A stretch of 64,000 nucleotides of DNA from a virus (taxonomy: Duplodnaviria; Heunggongvirae; Uroviricota; Caudoviricetes). The stretch is taken from positions 1 to 64,000 of IMG/VR virus record IMGVR_UViG_3300042997_000183. The stretch is one strand, 5' to 3'. The notes under the pieces are model-generated. The model saw only the letters and a program-made list of their open reading frames with translations. It ran no database searches and was not told the DNA's origin. Positions within the stretch are counted from its first letter, which is position 1, and every line of letters begins with the position of its first letter. This document shows positions 37,796 to 50,300 of this stretch, piece after piece. Both the position numbers and the translations under genes were made by a program.

Positions 37796-40700
37796 TATTA
37801 AGCAGGAGTATAACAGTGCTATATCTGGCTTAAACATGGATCAATCTGTAAATCAGGTTGAGAAGGGTAAGCTTACGTATGCATTGAATGCTAGTGTTGA
37901 GAACTTTGACTCAGATTCTGTTAACTATCAGAATGAGCCAGGTAATGAGTTATGTCTAAACTTTCCTACAAACTATCATTTGATAGGAACTCATTTCATT
38001 GGTGAGCAAAATAAACATATATTCTTTTTAACTAATCCTGAAACAGAAGATAGCCAGATTGGATATATGGATAATAATGATTGCGTATATCGTGTGTACG
38101 TAAGTGCTAAATGTTTAGGCTTTGATATAAAATATCCTATTCTTAAAGCTGTTCATAAGATTACCAATTGCACTACAGAAGTATATTGGACAGATGGTCT
38201 TAATCCTAGAAGATATATAGACTTAAATAACATTCCCTACAAGTTAGCTCCTAACGCTGATTTATGTGATCCTATTTATACCACTGAGCTTGATTGTAAT
38301 CAATTAAACGTTCAGCCTAATTTTAACATTCCTGCATTAGATATAACTGATGTTGTAACTGGTGGTGATCTAACTTCTGGTACATATCAGTTTGCTATTC
38401 AGTATTGTGATGCTGCTGGTAACCCATACACATCTTTCTACTCTGTTACCAATCCTACACCTATTGCTAATAATAAAATTACTACACCAGAGTTCTCTTA
38501 TCAAGTGGGTAAGTCTATTGTAGTTAGTATTAGTAACTTAGATACCACTGGACAATTCCAGTATTTCAATCTTGCTGTAGTAAAGACAATAAATGCAATA
38601 GCTTCTGTTGAGCTTGTTGGTACATATTTTATTGAAGATGACACTAGAACTGTAACTTATACAGGACAGAATGTTACACAAATCCGTCTTGCTATTGCTG
38701 ATATATTTGAGAAATATCCATATTATGAGGTAGCTCAAGACTTAACCACTGCCCAAGATATTCTTATCTGGGATAATCTTACCTCTATAGATAGAATTAA
38801 CTATCAATCAATTGCTAGTCAAATTGATCTTAAATGGGAAACTTATAGAATCCCTAGTACAGAAAACTATGCTGATGAACTAAACGCTACAAATCTTAGA
38901 GGTTATCTAAGAGATGAGGTGTATGCATTTGAAATAGTTTTCTTATTAAGTAATGGTAAACAAACAGATGGTTTCCATATTCCTGGTAGAATGATTACTG
39001 CTAACGAAGGTTCTCAACCAGATGTACCAAGCAGTAATCCTGACTTTATTGGAGAGGGCACAAGTGCACCTTATTGGAAGATTTACAACACAGGTTCTGT
39101 AACAGGATTTTCTCCTGGATATTCAACAAGTCAATCATATAAAGGACCTTATCAATACGGTGAGTTTGCTTACTGGGAATCAACTGATACCTATCCATGT
39201 AATATAGATGTATGGGGGGATCTTGCTGGTCAACCTATTAGACATCACAAGTTTCCTGATGTTCTTGTAAGTCCTATATACGAAAGTCCTACATACACAC
39301 TAGGAGCAGGATTTGCACCAGTGATGCAGAATGATGCTATATTCCCAATAGGTGTACAGATTGATGTTCAACAAGTTGCATACTTGGTGTATGCATCTAA
39401 TCTTACACAAGCACAGAAAGAAAGCGTTGCAGGATTTAAGATTGTAAGAGGGGACAGAAGTACAAATAGATCTATTGTAGGTAAAGGTATTCTTAGAAAC
39501 GTAGGTAAGTATAAGAGAGAAGAAACAGAATTCTACTTCCCTAACTATCCATATAATGATCTTAATAAGGATGAGTTCCTTCTTGATAATAATAATGCAT
39601 ACCTTGATCAATGTATTACCTATAATGTAATAGCCACTACAACATGTGTTATACAATATACTGATTGTTTTTCAAATACAACACAGATAGAAACATTAGT
39701 AGTTGGAACTACAAAAAAGATATGTTCTCTTAGCACTCTTTTGGTTATGAGTGGAACAGCTACAATCACTGTGGTTGTCTATAACACATATAATCTTACT
39801 AGTGCTTCAACAACTGTATTCCAATATCAAGATCCATTAACAACTGTATTTAAACAAATCACAGTGACGGGTAATGGTTTACAACAAGTGAATTCATTAG
39901 TGCTTCCTGTATACTTATCTGGAACAACTAGTTTTAGTATTACAACAGATGCAACAAAGAACTCACTTTGTTATCCTAATAAGTTAGATGCGTTTGCTAC
40001 AGATGAATCTAAATACAGAATGGTATTTAACTCACCTGAAACATCTTTTGGACAACCTTTCTTAGGAACTGTTCTAAAGCTTGAGAACGTTATGTTTGGT
40101 GCAGGTATAGCTCATTTCGTAGAGGTTAAGAAGAATGCTATGTATAAGCTTCTCACAGCAGAAGCTCAACGTGATGCTCTTGAGTCTAGTGAAGATATTG
40201 GTGCTATCACACCAACGTTTAATGCATCAGCAATGTTTGCTGCATACCAAGCCTATCTAACTATCTACATAAATGGAATCACTAGAAGAAACTACGGGTA
40301 TTCATTTAACTCTATAGCTAGTTATGACTATAGTGGGGCAATTAATAATAATCTAGGTATCAAGCAAAGACAATTAGATAACTCTCAATATGTGTTCCCT
40401 GGAGTACAGTCTGTAAGTGATTTACATGATTTCAACAACTTTAATAGAGAATCATCTATATACATAAAGACTATTGAAACCAGAGATGGTTCATCAGTGG
40501 TACCTCTACCATTCCCTAATCAAACTCCTAGTCTTTTAGTTGGTGGTGTAAGTGGTATCTCTGATACATCAAGGTTCACTATATCACAGAAGAACAATTG
40601 TTCTGTACCTAGTAAGAATGAAGCAATTAATGTAGTTTCTTACTATGGATCATTGAAGAACATCTTTAATAATCAATGGGGTCAGATATATTCTTACGAT

Positions 40701-42650
40701 ACAATTGATACAGGTTTCCAAGAAAGTATTGACACTAACAATTTAATGTTCTCTACACCTAAATCATCCACTGTATTTGGTGGAGATACATTTATTAGTA
40801 GATTTGCATTTAAGACTAAGCTTCCATTCTTTATCGATAACAGAGTGAATGGTCTTGATGATAGTGATGTATTCTATGATGAGATTGGTAATGTAGCTTA
40901 CCCACAATACTGGCACTCAGCCAGATCTGTATTAGAAGACTATTCTTTAAATGCAGGTGCTGGTCCCGTGCTGAAGAATATGATTTCTTATAAGGCACAT
41001 AATTTTGATTGCCCTAATAACCAAGATCCTGCACCTAACTCAGCAGCAAATCCTCCTATAGTAAATCCTAACAGAACATTCTACGATGGTAAAATGTATA
41101 TGTTTGCTTATGGTATTCCTTCTTTCTATTGTGAAAGTTCATATAATGTGGATTTACGTCAAGCATTCAATAATCTAGAAGGTGACTTCTTCCCACACGT
41201 GAGCTCAGGTATTCCTGATAACTGGTTACAAGAGTCTGTAGTTCCTATTGTATTTGATAATACATATTATTACAATATAACATTTTCAAAGCAAAACAGA
41301 GAGAATGTATTCACTCACTTACCTGCAGATTGGAATGAACAACTTTGTTTTACCAAATATCCATTCAGAGCTATTTACTCAAATCCTCAGGATGTATTTG
41401 CTGACAATAAGGTGAATAGTTGGTTGATCTATAAACCTACATCGTTCTTTGATTTCCCTCAAAACTTTGGTGGTCTTGTATCACTAGATGGTATTCAGAA
41501 TAAGGCTATATTGGCTAGGTTTGAAAACAAGTCATTGTTATACAATACAATGCTTACAGTTCAAACTAGTAACCCACAAGCTGCTTATTTAGGTAATGAT
41601 ACATTATTTAAGAGTGCTCCTCCAATTGACTTTGCTGAAACAGATCTTGGATATGTAGGAGCTCAAAATAAGATGTTGTTAAAGATTCCTCAGGGACAGA
41701 TTACAATAGATGCTAAGAGAGGACAGGTGTTTTTAATTGAGGGTTTACAGGCTACTGATTTATCAGCATTTGGTTCAGGACTTAATAAGTTCTTTACAGA
41801 CCATTTAGCGTTTGAAATCTTACGTTACTATCCTAATGTAAACACAGATAACCATTATGATGGTATTGGCTTACATGGAGTGTTTGATAGTAAATATGAT
41901 AGGGTAATTATATCTAAGCTAGATTACATTCCTAATAGCAAAAATATTAAATATGATGCTACTAATAGAGAATTCTATATAGAGAAAACTCTAGGTAATA
42001 GTGTAATAAGAACAGTGGTAAGTGTTTATGATTCAGAATACTTCTGTAATAAGTCATGGACTCTTTCATTTAGTATGAACACTAAGAGTTGGATTAGCTT
42101 CCATAGCTATATTCCTAACTTCTACATAGCAGAGAATAACTTCTTCTATTCTGGATTAAATGGTGGATGTGATTTAGAGGCTATTACTTTCTCTCAGATT
42201 CCTTGCACCACTACCACAACCACATCAACAACAAAAGATTGTAGAATAGTAGGTACAGCAGTTGATCTATGTGTAGATTGTACATTGATAGGAACAGCAA
42301 TTAATCCTTGTTGTATATTTGGTACAGCAGTTGAAAATTGCTCATCTACCACTACCACAACAACATCTAATAGCACGAGTACCACTACAACCACTGTCCC
42401 ACCTGGACCAACTACTACTACTACAACCACTACGACAGTAACACCTACTACAACTACTACAACTAGTAGTACCACTACAACTACTACAACTAGTAGTACC
42501 ACTACAACAACTACAACTGTAGCACCTGTACCAACAACTACAACAACCACTAGTAGCACTTCTACTAGCACAACTACTACAACTACCACTGCTCCACCAG
42601 CACCAGAGTGTGAATTAGATGGAACAGCTGTAGAAGAATGTCCTTCGTAA
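37773..42650 (+). CDS. Large tail protein (1625 aa) with a C-terminal poly-Thr / Cys-repeat region, candidate host-specificity protein
   Basis: Very long ORF, beta-rich and N/Y/T-rich. C-terminal GTAV(D/E)xC repeats flank TTTT tracts. Confidence 0.5.
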   Translation: MAGEETTNIKQEYNSAISGLNMDQSVNQVEKGKLTYALNASVENFDSDSVNYQNEPGNELCLNFPTNYHLIGTHFIGEQNKHIFFLTNPETEDSQIGYMDNNDCVYRVYVSAKCLGFDIKYPILKAVHKITNCTTEVYWTDGLNPRRYIDLNNIPYKLAPNADLCDPIYTTELDCNQLNVQPNFNIPALDITDVVTGGDLTSGTYQFAIQYCDAAGNPYTSFYSVTNPTPIANNKITTPEFSYQVGKSIVVSISNLDTTGQFQYFNLAVVKTINAIASVELVGTYFIEDDTRTVTYTGQNVTQIRLAIADIFEKYPYYEVAQDLTTAQDILIWDNLTSIDRINYQSIASQIDLKWETYRIPSTENYADELNATNLRGYLRDEVYAFEIVFLLSNGKQTDGFHIPGRMITANEGSQPDVPSSNPDFIGEGTSAPYWKIYNTGSVTGFSPGYSTSQSYKGPYQYGEFAYWESTDTYPCNIDVWGDLAGQPIRHHKFPDVLVSPIYESPTYTLGAGFAPVMQNDAIFPIGVQIDVQQVAYLVYASNLTQAQKESVAGFKIVRGDRSTNRSIVGKGILRNVGKYKREETEFYFPNYPYNDLNKDEFLLDNNNAYLDQCITYNVIATTTCVIQYTDCFSNTTQIETLVVGTTKKICSLSTLLVMSGTATITVVVYNTYNLTSASTTVFQYQDPLTTVFKQITVTGNGLQQVNSLVLPVYLSGTTSFSITTDATKNSLCYPNKLDAFATDESKYRMVFNSPETSFGQPFLGTVLKLENVMFGAGIAHFVEVKKNAMYKLLTAEAQRDALESSEDIGAITPTFNASAMFAAYQAYLTIYINGITRRNYGYSFNSIASYDYSGAINNNLGIKQRQLDNSQYVFPGVQSVSDLHDFNNFNRESSIYIKTIETRDGSSVVPLPFPNQTPSLLVGGVSGISDTSRFTISQKNNCSVPSKNEAINVVSYYGSLKNIFNNQWGQIYSYDTIDTGFQESIDTNNLMFSTPKSSTVFGGDTFISRFAFKTKLPFFIDNRVNGLDDSDVFYDEIGNVAYPQYWHSARSVLEDYSLNAGAGPVLKNMISYKAHNFDCPNNQDPAPNSAANPPIVNPNRTFYDGKMYMFAYGIPSFYCESSYNVDLRQAFNNLEGDFFPHVSSGIPDNWLQESVVPIVFDNTYYYNITFSKQNRENVFTHLPADWNEQLCFTKYPFRAIYSNPQDVFADNKVNSWLIYKPTSFFDFPQNFGGLVSLDGIQNKAILARFENKSLLYNTMLTVQTSNPQAAYLGNDTLFKSAPPIDFAETDLGYVGAQNKMLLKIPQGQITIDAKRGQVFLIEGLQATDLSAFGSGLNKFFTDHLAFEILRYYPNVNTDNHYDGIGLHGVFDSKYDRVIISKLDYIPNSKNIKYDATNREFYIEKTLGNSVIRTVVSVYDSEYFCNKSWTLSFSMNTKSWISFHSYIPNFYIAENNFFYSGLNGGCDLEAITFSQIPCTTTTTTSTTKDCRIVGTAVDLCVDCTLIGTAINPCCIFGTAVENCSSTTTTTTSNSTSTTTTTVPPGPTTTTTTTTTVTPTTTTTTSSTTTTTTTSSTTTTTTTVAPVPTTTTTTSSTSTSTTTTTTTAPPAPECELDGTAVEECPS

Positions 42651-42662
42651 TTAATTTAAGAT

Positions 42663-43529
42663 ATGTCTAAAGTAATAACAATAAGATTAACAAAGGCTGG
42701 CATTAGAACTGGACCGTTTAAGATTTCTGATAACTACGGAAATGTCTTAGGAACTAATATTCCTAAGAGCCAAGTTATTTCTGGAGTTACTTATTCGGTT
42801 AGTGATGCTGTTACGGTTATTATTATTGAATCTATAGGGAAATGTAAGACAAGATTACAAATGCCTATAGAGCAACTATGTGTTGCAGATGTGGCAGCTA
42901 TTGAGTTTGTACCTACAAACACCCCATCTTTATGGAGACATTTAACTAACACAACAATTTACAATATATTCTACGGAAACATAGAACCTTATATTATAGA
43001 GTATCCATTTGCTTATCAGTATTATGATGAGATCTTACAGAATGTAAAAGATTACACAAAGGCATACAGATACCTCCCTATCCCAGATGGTGTGTTTAAT
43101 GATAACTCTAAAATAGAAACAAACACAGTTTATTTCAACAAAGCTATCTTATACAATGGACAACAGTCTTCTGGTGTATTAGAGTTGGTTCCTAAACCAA
43201 TCAACAACTTAAAGGAATACTTGAAGTATCCTATATATAACGTTGAGAGTAAGACAATTACGTTTACTAAATCAGATAATTTTTATCAATACAATACATT
43301 TTGGTCATTAGTTAAAGATAAATCCGTACCTTTGTTTCTAACAGGTTGTGACTCACTGTCTATAGATAAGATTGTAAATCAACCAAATATGGATTATGGA
43401 AAGAGGTCATTTAAGAAAGAACCTCTACGTGCGAAAGATTTAAAGGTGAGACATGTCCTAGATAATAGATCAGATGCCCATTTAATAAGTCAATTCATTA
43501 TCACACCATCTCAAATTTCTTATAAGTAA
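42663..43529 (+). CDS. Structural protein (288 aa)
   Basis: ORF only. Confidence 0.4.
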   Translation: MSKVITIRLTKAGIRTGPFKISDNYGNVLGTNIPKSQVISGVTYSVSDAVTVIIIESIGKCKTRLQMPIEQLCVADVAAIEFVPTNTPSLWRHLTNTTIYNIFYGNIEPYIIEYPFAYQYYDEILQNVKDYTKAYRYLPIPDGVFNDNSKIETNTVYFNKAILYNGQQSSGVLELVPKPINNLKEYLKYPIYNVESKTITFTKSDNFYQYNTFWSLVKDKSVPLFLTGCDSLSIDKIVNQPNMDYGKRSFKKEPLRAKDLKVRHVLDNRSDAHLISQFIITPSQISYK

Positions 43530-46500
43530 TGGCTAACAATATTAACTGTACATGTGGACATTCTTGGAGCAAGGGAAGCTCTAGCAAGAAAGATATGTAT
43601 GTATGTCATATATGTGGAAAGGATAACACAATGCAAGACGGTGGGTGGTTAAATAAGTTTGAGCAAGGAGGAATGACCTTAGAACAAAAGGATGATAACT
43701 ATGGTATAAAACCTAATCCTAATGATGTACAAGCATCTGTAGGTCCTGACTTTGTAGGTCTTGGTTATGATACAACAGGTAGAAACTATTCTCCTGCATG
43801 GGGTGGACAGTTTGAGGATGGTGGATATGTAGCTCAAAAGGGTAAATCTGTTCCTACAATGGCAGATAGTCTTGCTCTGTATAACAATGCTAATAAAGTA
43901 CTTAATTATTATAAAGGTAAAAAATACCAAAATCTTTCTTCTGGTGAAAAATATAGAAAGAAGAATTATTATAAAGAAAGAAATAAAGAATCACTAGAAC
44001 AGTTCATCCGCAGAAACAAAATGAATTCTGTTTTGTTTTCTAGAGGAACAGGTTCTGAAATGACATCTATTCCAATAGATTCATATTACAAAAGACTTGA
44101 TGATGGCAATAGGTATTTTCAAAGAGAAGGTGCCAGTGCAATATTAGATATGAGAGCTCCAATGCAGTTGTTTGATGATAGAATCACTCCTACAATGCTT
44201 AATTTTTATAGAAATATTGACAAGAACGATCCTTTAACTGATGATTATGTTTCTATTTTTTCTTATGATCCTATATTAGTTAAACCTGTAAGTATGCTTA
44301 CTCCAGAGGAAAAAGCTACTAGATTAAAAAGATACGGAAAGGAAAGTGGTTTAATTGATAAAAACGTAAAACTGTCTACATCTACTGAGAAATCAAAAAC
44401 TGAACCAGAAAAGAAAAAGACTTCAGTAGTTAAAAAATCTGAAGAAATCAAATCAACAGAATCTACTCCTAAAGGAAGTAAGAAGTATATAGTAAATGGA
44501 ATGGAGGTTAGTGAAGAAGACTTCTTAGGGTCAGGTAATACAACTGGTGGTAGTAAAAGAATTATATATAGTACACCAAAACTAGGAACACAAAAAGTTC
44601 TTCGTTTAGATGGAACTCCTGAAACAGATCCAGAGAAGATTCGTAAGGCTTTGAATGCACAGAAGAAAGATGATGAGTTTCAGAATGGTGGTAATTTATG
44701 GAATACAAATAAGACAGCATGGGTAGATAGTATTCATAATGCTAGAAAAGGTGATTTAAACTTTGTACAAAGAATGTTTGACCAACGTGCAGGATCAATA
44801 CAAATACCTGGACAACCTGGTACATCTACACATTACATGGAATCAGGAGATGGAAAAGCATATCCTACTGTAGTACAAATGCCAAACGGAAAACTTCAGT
44901 ACTTAAATCAAAATGATAAAGATGCTGCTTGGAACTATGCTAATAAAACAGGACAATTTATAAAGTTTCCTAATGATGAACAAGCTGAATGGTATGCAAA
45001 TAATGGATATAAGAAAGGAACAAATGTATTAAAGAAAGCAATGGGTGGTAGCTTACCAGGTGCTGTAGGATTCACGTACGCACGTACAATCAATCCTGCT
45101 CCTAGCAATGGTAAGTATGCTAAGAAGACAAAAGCTTCTGCAAAGAATGGTAAGGAGATGAAGTTCTACCAAGAAGGCTTGGATTTCAAACCTAACAGTA
45201 TTGCTCAGGATGGTGCTATTGTAGATCCAATGGGACAATGGGCACACCCAGGAGAAGTAACTATAATACCAGGTACAGACATAACAATGGAAGGAGTAGA
45301 TTATCCCGTACTAGGAATATCTGATACAGGGGACCAACAGATGATGTACCCTGGAGAAGACTATAACTTTGATGGTGAGTATGTTACAGAGTATCCAATG
45401 ATGAAAGAGGGTGGTTGGTTAAGTAAGTTTGATACAGCTCAAAAAGGTAAGACTATTCCTAAACCTGAGCTTACTTCATCTAATATACCATATACACCAA
45501 TAACCTCATCTACAAACGTTAAAGCTGGAACAAAAAAACCAACTGTTACACTTTCATCTCAAGAGGAAATATTAGATGAACAACAGCGAAAGAAGAACGA
45601 AAATAAACCCGTTGTTGAAAAGAAGTATGAAAATATAGAGACTGTTAAACAAGATAATAGAACATCTAGAGAGAAAGAAATTGCTCAACAAGAGTTGTTA
45701 AAGCTTATGATGCAAGAAGCTCAAGGAGCTTCTCCTTTTGCTCAAACATTAAGTTCTTTCACACCAACAGGATATAATCCAGAGGCTGGTAAGATAGCTG
45801 CTGAAAATATAGGACAAATGACTCCTATGATGGGAGCTACTAGATTGTTTAACACTGTAAGAGATCCTGAGAATAACCCTTATGGTATTGGTCAAGGGAA
45901 TGGATTTCTAGCAAATACATTAGGTACACTAGGATTAATTGGAGATGCTTTAGATGTAGGTGTTGTAACGGCACCTGGTGTAAAAGCTGCAGGTAAATAC
46001 CTTACCGAACAAACACCTTTAAAAAATACCTATAAGTTAAATCCTTTTGCTTTCAAACCTACAGAAGGAATGATGTATAGAGGACTTGGAGTAGAGGGAA
46101 TGGAAGATGCTTTTCAGTCTGGTGTATTTAGAGCTAAGCAAGATGTAGAACCTTCTATGGTAGGTAACTTTGATCTGTCTAAACGATTTGACAAAGCTTA
46201 TTTTAGTCCAAAGTTTGATGTAGCAGATCAATATGGACAAGGATATATTGCTGAGGTACCAAGAACAGCTTCTGATTGGGGAAAAAGATATAGTAAAAAA
46301 GAATGGAGTCAAATAGCTCAAAGAGACATACCTATAACTGAAGGTAAGATATTACAGAAAGATTGGTTAAAAGGATATAAAGAAGTTCCTCAACAAAGTC
46401 CTGATTTAGGATCAGTCTTTCAACTCAATACTAAAGGAGCAGTTACCCCAACTTTACCAAAACCAAAGCTTTCAATAGCTCCTCGTGGTAACTATCTAGA

Positions 46501-47347
46501 AAGTGAACTAACTAAAGGAAATAAAATTAGTTTGAACGATGTTGATAAACTTGGTAAGAAGGAAATAGATTGGCTACAAAGTGATGAATATCTTAAAAGA
46601 AGATCCGCAGCAACAGGTGAAAGTGCATCTGAGATACAAAAAGATATAGATGAGATTATTAACCGTTGGGGAAATTTATCTGTAAGGGCAGCTAATACAG
46701 GAAAGGATGCATCTGGTTTTTACAGTAGGGGTAAAAAAAGAATATTATTAAGTGATAAGTTAAACAGAGAAGAAGCTCTACCAGTTTTAGACCATGAGGT
46801 TAAACATGCTCTTTCACAAATGGGTGGTCTCACTGGTTTTAAAGGATATAAAAAATATCCAACTACTAAGGTAGATACTTGGTTAAATAGAACTCTTGGT
46901 CTTAAAAATGCACATTATTATGCTGAACCTTGGGAACAGCAAGTTAGAGGTCTACGTTTATTAGACTTCATAGAAAAAACACAAGGGATTCCTAGAGGCA
47001 CAACGTTATCAATGGAAGATATAACTCAGTTTGCAAGAAATGTTTCTCCTTCATCTCCTTCAAAAGAAATTATGGAACTTTTTGATAAGGACTACAATGA
47101 TGTAATTGCTCAGCTGATGAAAATGAAAGATGCAGATAAAAAACTTAAATTTATTCCAAGTAATATGAAAAAATTAAAGTCTCCTTTTCAATATGAACAA
47201 AAAGGAGAACTGAGAAAAAATATACTAGATTGGCTTAATAGAACATACGCTGTACCTGTAGGTGTAGGTATAGGTGCTGGTGCACTTGGATCTGATGAAG
47301 AGATGCCACAACAAAAAGATGGTGGTTGGTTAACCAAATATAAATAA
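43529..47347 (+). CDS. Large internal virion / ejection-type protein (1272 aa) with an N-terminal Zn ribbon and an HExxH motif
   Basis: N-terminal CTCGH...CHICGK. LDHEVKHAL contains HExxH, a possible Zn-metallopeptidase signature. Carries three copies of (D/E)GGWL(N/S/T)K(F/Y). Confidence 0.45.
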   Translation: MANNINCTCGHSWSKGSSSKKDMYVCHICGKDNTMQDGGWLNKFEQGGMTLEQKDDNYGIKPNPNDVQASVGPDFVGLGYDTTGRNYSPAWGGQFEDGGYVAQKGKSVPTMADSLALYNNANKVLNYYKGKKYQNLSSGEKYRKKNYYKERNKESLEQFIRRNKMNSVLFSRGTGSEMTSIPIDSYYKRLDDGNRYFQREGASAILDMRAPMQLFDDRITPTMLNFYRNIDKNDPLTDDYVSIFSYDPILVKPVSMLTPEEKATRLKRYGKESGLIDKNVKLSTSTEKSKTEPEKKKTSVVKKSEEIKSTESTPKGSKKYIVNGMEVSEEDFLGSGNTTGGSKRIIYSTPKLGTQKVLRLDGTPETDPEKIRKALNAQKKDDEFQNGGNLWNTNKTAWVDSIHNARKGDLNFVQRMFDQRAGSIQIPGQPGTSTHYMESGDGKAYPTVVQMPNGKLQYLNQNDKDAAWNYANKTGQFIKFPNDEQAEWYANNGYKKGTNVLKKAMGGSLPGAVGFTYARTINPAPSNGKYAKKTKASAKNGKEMKFYQEGLDFKPNSIAQDGAIVDPMGQWAHPGEVTIIPGTDITMEGVDYPVLGISDTGDQQMMYPGEDYNFDGEYVTEYPMMKEGGWLSKFDTAQKGKTIPKPELTSSNIPYTPITSSTNVKAGTKKPTVTLSSQEEILDEQQRKKNENKPVVEKKYENIETVKQDNRTSREKEIAQQELLKLMMQEAQGASPFAQTLSSFTPTGYNPEAGKIAAENIGQMTPMMGATRLFNTVRDPENNPYGIGQGNGFLANTLGTLGLIGDALDVGVVTAPGVKAAGKYLTEQTPLKNTYKLNPFAFKPTEGMMYRGLGVEGMEDAFQSGVFRAKQDVEPSMVGNFDLSKRFDKAYFSPKFDVADQYGQGYIAEVPRTASDWGKRYSKKEWSQIAQRDIPITEGKILQKDWLKGYKEVPQQSPDLGSVFQLNTKGAVTPTLPKPKLSIAPRGNYLESELTKGNKISLNDVDKLGKKEIDWLQSDEYLKRRSAATGESASEIQKDIDEIINRWGNLSVRAANTGKDASGFYSRGKKRILLSDKLNREEALPVLDHEVKHALSQMGGLTGFKGYKKYPTTKVDTWLNRTLGLKNAHYYAEPWEQQVRGLRLLDFIEKTQGIPRGTTLSMEDITQFARNVSPSSPSKEIMELFDKDYNDVIAQLMKMKDADKKLKFIPSNMKKLKSPFQYEQKGELRKNILDWLNRTYAVPVGVGIGAGALGSDEEMPQQKDGGWLTKYK

Positions 47348-47365
47348 AACACACAAACGTTCAAT

Positions 47366-50300
47366 ATGAAAGATCAAATCCTAAAGATCGCAAAAGTTAA
47401 ATCTGAAAAGGAATTCTATAAGAAGTATCCTACAGAAGCAGCATTTATGAAAGCTCATGGTAAAGCATTTAAAAAAGCTGCTATGGGTAAGACAATGGTT
47501 GCTAAACAGTTAACACAATTAACTGACTTTGCTAATCCTCCACAAGCTGAAGTTGGTACATACATAGGCGGTGACACTTATAAAACTGCCAATTTTAAAT
47601 ATGGTGATTTTGCTGATGAAGCAGATGCTAGTGTTACAGGTACTCCTGCTCCAATGAGAGTGCAGAATGTTCAACCTCCTGCAGCTGGTGCACAACAAAG
47701 TCCTTATGCTTTTAATGCAGGAACTACAGGAATGAGAAATATAAATTGGGAGGATGTAGGTGAAGATGTACTTCCACAACTAATGCAAATGCAAGGAGGT
47801 GGTAGAGTTGCTGCACAACCCATGCCTACAAGAACTCCTACTAATGCACCTGCTGCTAACATGAACAATATTGGAAATATGTTAAGTAACCCAGCGTTTC
47901 AACAAAATGCAACTAATCGATTTGCAGGTTTAGGAACACAACCAACACCATCTTTAGGTAGTCAGATTGGTTCTGGTGTGATAAACAATGCTGGTAATAT
48001 CCTACAGGGTATTAATATGCTTAGGGATGAAAAAAGACAAAAACAAACGGCAAAACAATCAGCTGCATTAACTGGTGTAGTTGGTAAGGCTGCTGGTACA
48101 AGATCAGAAATAAGCAAACGTAAATATGTTAGACCTGAGGATATGTCTGTTCAACCAGGAGAGTTAGGTAATCCTTATGGTGAAGGAACCACTCCTTTAA
48201 TAATGCAAGATGGTGGTGGTATTGGAGGTAATCCAACTGAGATTCAAAATACATTTGCTCCAAATGTAATTTATACAAATCTTGAATATGAACCACTAAA
48301 TGATAGTAAGGTTAAACAATACAAGAAAGGTGGTAAGTTAAATAAAGCCCAAGTTGGTGCAGGTATTGCTGGTCAACTAGGTGGTGGTTTAGGTAGTCTT
48401 GTTGGTGGTGGTAAATTCAATCAAGCTGGCGGAGCTGGTAAGATTGGTTCTACACTCGGTGGTATTGCAGGAAGTGTTATCCCTGGTGTAGGTACAGTTA
48501 TTGGATCTGCTGTTGGTGGATTAATTGGTGGTGCTATTGGTGGTAAGAGTGCAAAAGAAACAGCAAGACTTCAAGAAGAATCACAAAATAATATTATGGG
48601 TTCAGCACTACAACAAGGTGCTCAATCAATCCAATCTAACTATAGTGGATTCATGGAAGACGGTGGATGGGTAAGTAATGATTGGCAGCCACAAGTTATT
48701 GCTAGTTTTGGCGAATATAAGATGAAAGATCTTCTTAAGCCTCCTCATGATGCACAGATGTTACGTGCTGGTGGTCATTTAAAAGAATACACTCCTCCTA
48801 GTGAAAGAGCTATGGAAACATATGATATGGGTGGTGAACTTGAAACCCATTGGGGTGGATACATGGAGCCTATATCTCAAAACCCTTATCTACCAGATGG
48901 CGGTGTTACAGTGATGCCTAGAGGACAATCTCACGCAGAGAGTGATGGTAAGGGTAACACAGGTATTGGTATTACCTTTGGTGACAATCCTGTAGAAGTA
49001 GAAAGAGGTGAACCTATGGTTAAGCTAAAAGATGGTGGTACAGGAGAAGACAATCTAGTGGTGTTTGGTAACATGAAGATACCTAATTATGCTTTAGACG
49101 AGTTTGAAAAAAAGGCTAAAGGTAAGAAGTTTAAAACTTATGCCACTGACCTAACTAAGACAGAAGCTAAACAAACTAAGCTAATAGATAAGTCAACTAA
49201 AAAAATAAATGATCTAGAAGTGTTAACACCATTTGATAGATTAGAGGCAGACTCTTTACAAGCAAATCTTATTGGTGCTAACATGGAACTAAAAGATATT
49301 GCTGAAAAGAAACAAAAGCTTGGTGACTTACAACAGTCTATACATGCCACTGCTCCTGAGTTTGGATATGAGGATGTAGATAAATTTAATAATGATGTTA
49401 TAAAAGGAAGTGTTAAAATTAAGAAAGGAAAGGTTGAGTCTGATGTACCTATGGCTCAATATGGTATTGTAGCAGCACTTAATGCTCCAACTCCTTTAAA
49501 CATACCTAACAACGCTTCTTCTTCTTGGTACGAAACTCCTTCATTAATGAACTTAAGAAGACCATCATCTCGTGTAGCTAGTCCTATGCAAAAATTAATA
49601 AGAAGTATTGTACCTCAACAACCAGTTGCTAACTTCCCATTAAGACCAGGGTTTATGTACAATCCTCCTGATTATTTATATCAAAACGTTCCAGCTGTTA
49701 ATTATAATGTTGGTGCAGGATTTCCTACAGTGTCAGCACTTAATGCTCCTTCTGCTTTAAATATGTCTAATGCTGGTTCTCCTGGTTTCCAACCAACTGG
49801 AAGTATGTTACCAGTTCCTATTGGTCCTGATGAAGAAGATATTAAAAAGGATTTTATGTTTACTAGAATTGGTGATTTTATCAATAAAAACATTGGTGAT
49901 AATTCTATGTTAGCTTCTGAGTTGTTGCCTTATTTAAGACCTACAAATCAAATGGATTTAGATCCTACACAGTTAGCTGGAGAGATGGATGCGTTAGCTG
50001 ATAATCAAGTGGATCCAGTGTTTGCACAAACTCTACAACCTAGACTAGGCTCACCAATTGATATATCATTACAGAGTTCACTTAATGCCAATCAGGCAGA
50101 TTACAATGCTCTTATTAGAAACGTAGGATACAATCCTGCTGCTCAGTCTTTATTAGCTGCTCAGAAGTATGCTGCTAACTCTGAGATTTTAGGAAAAGAA
50201 TCTCAGATGAATAAAGAAGAGAAGTCAAGAGTGTTTGATGCAAATAGACAATTGTTGAATGAGTATGACCTTAAGAATGCAGTTATTAGTGACACTCAAC

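Noticed and set aside
42194-42589. 131-aa minus-strand Val-rich ORF
   Set aside because: Antisense of the poly-Thr tract at the C-terminus of the 1625-aa tail protein. Artefact.
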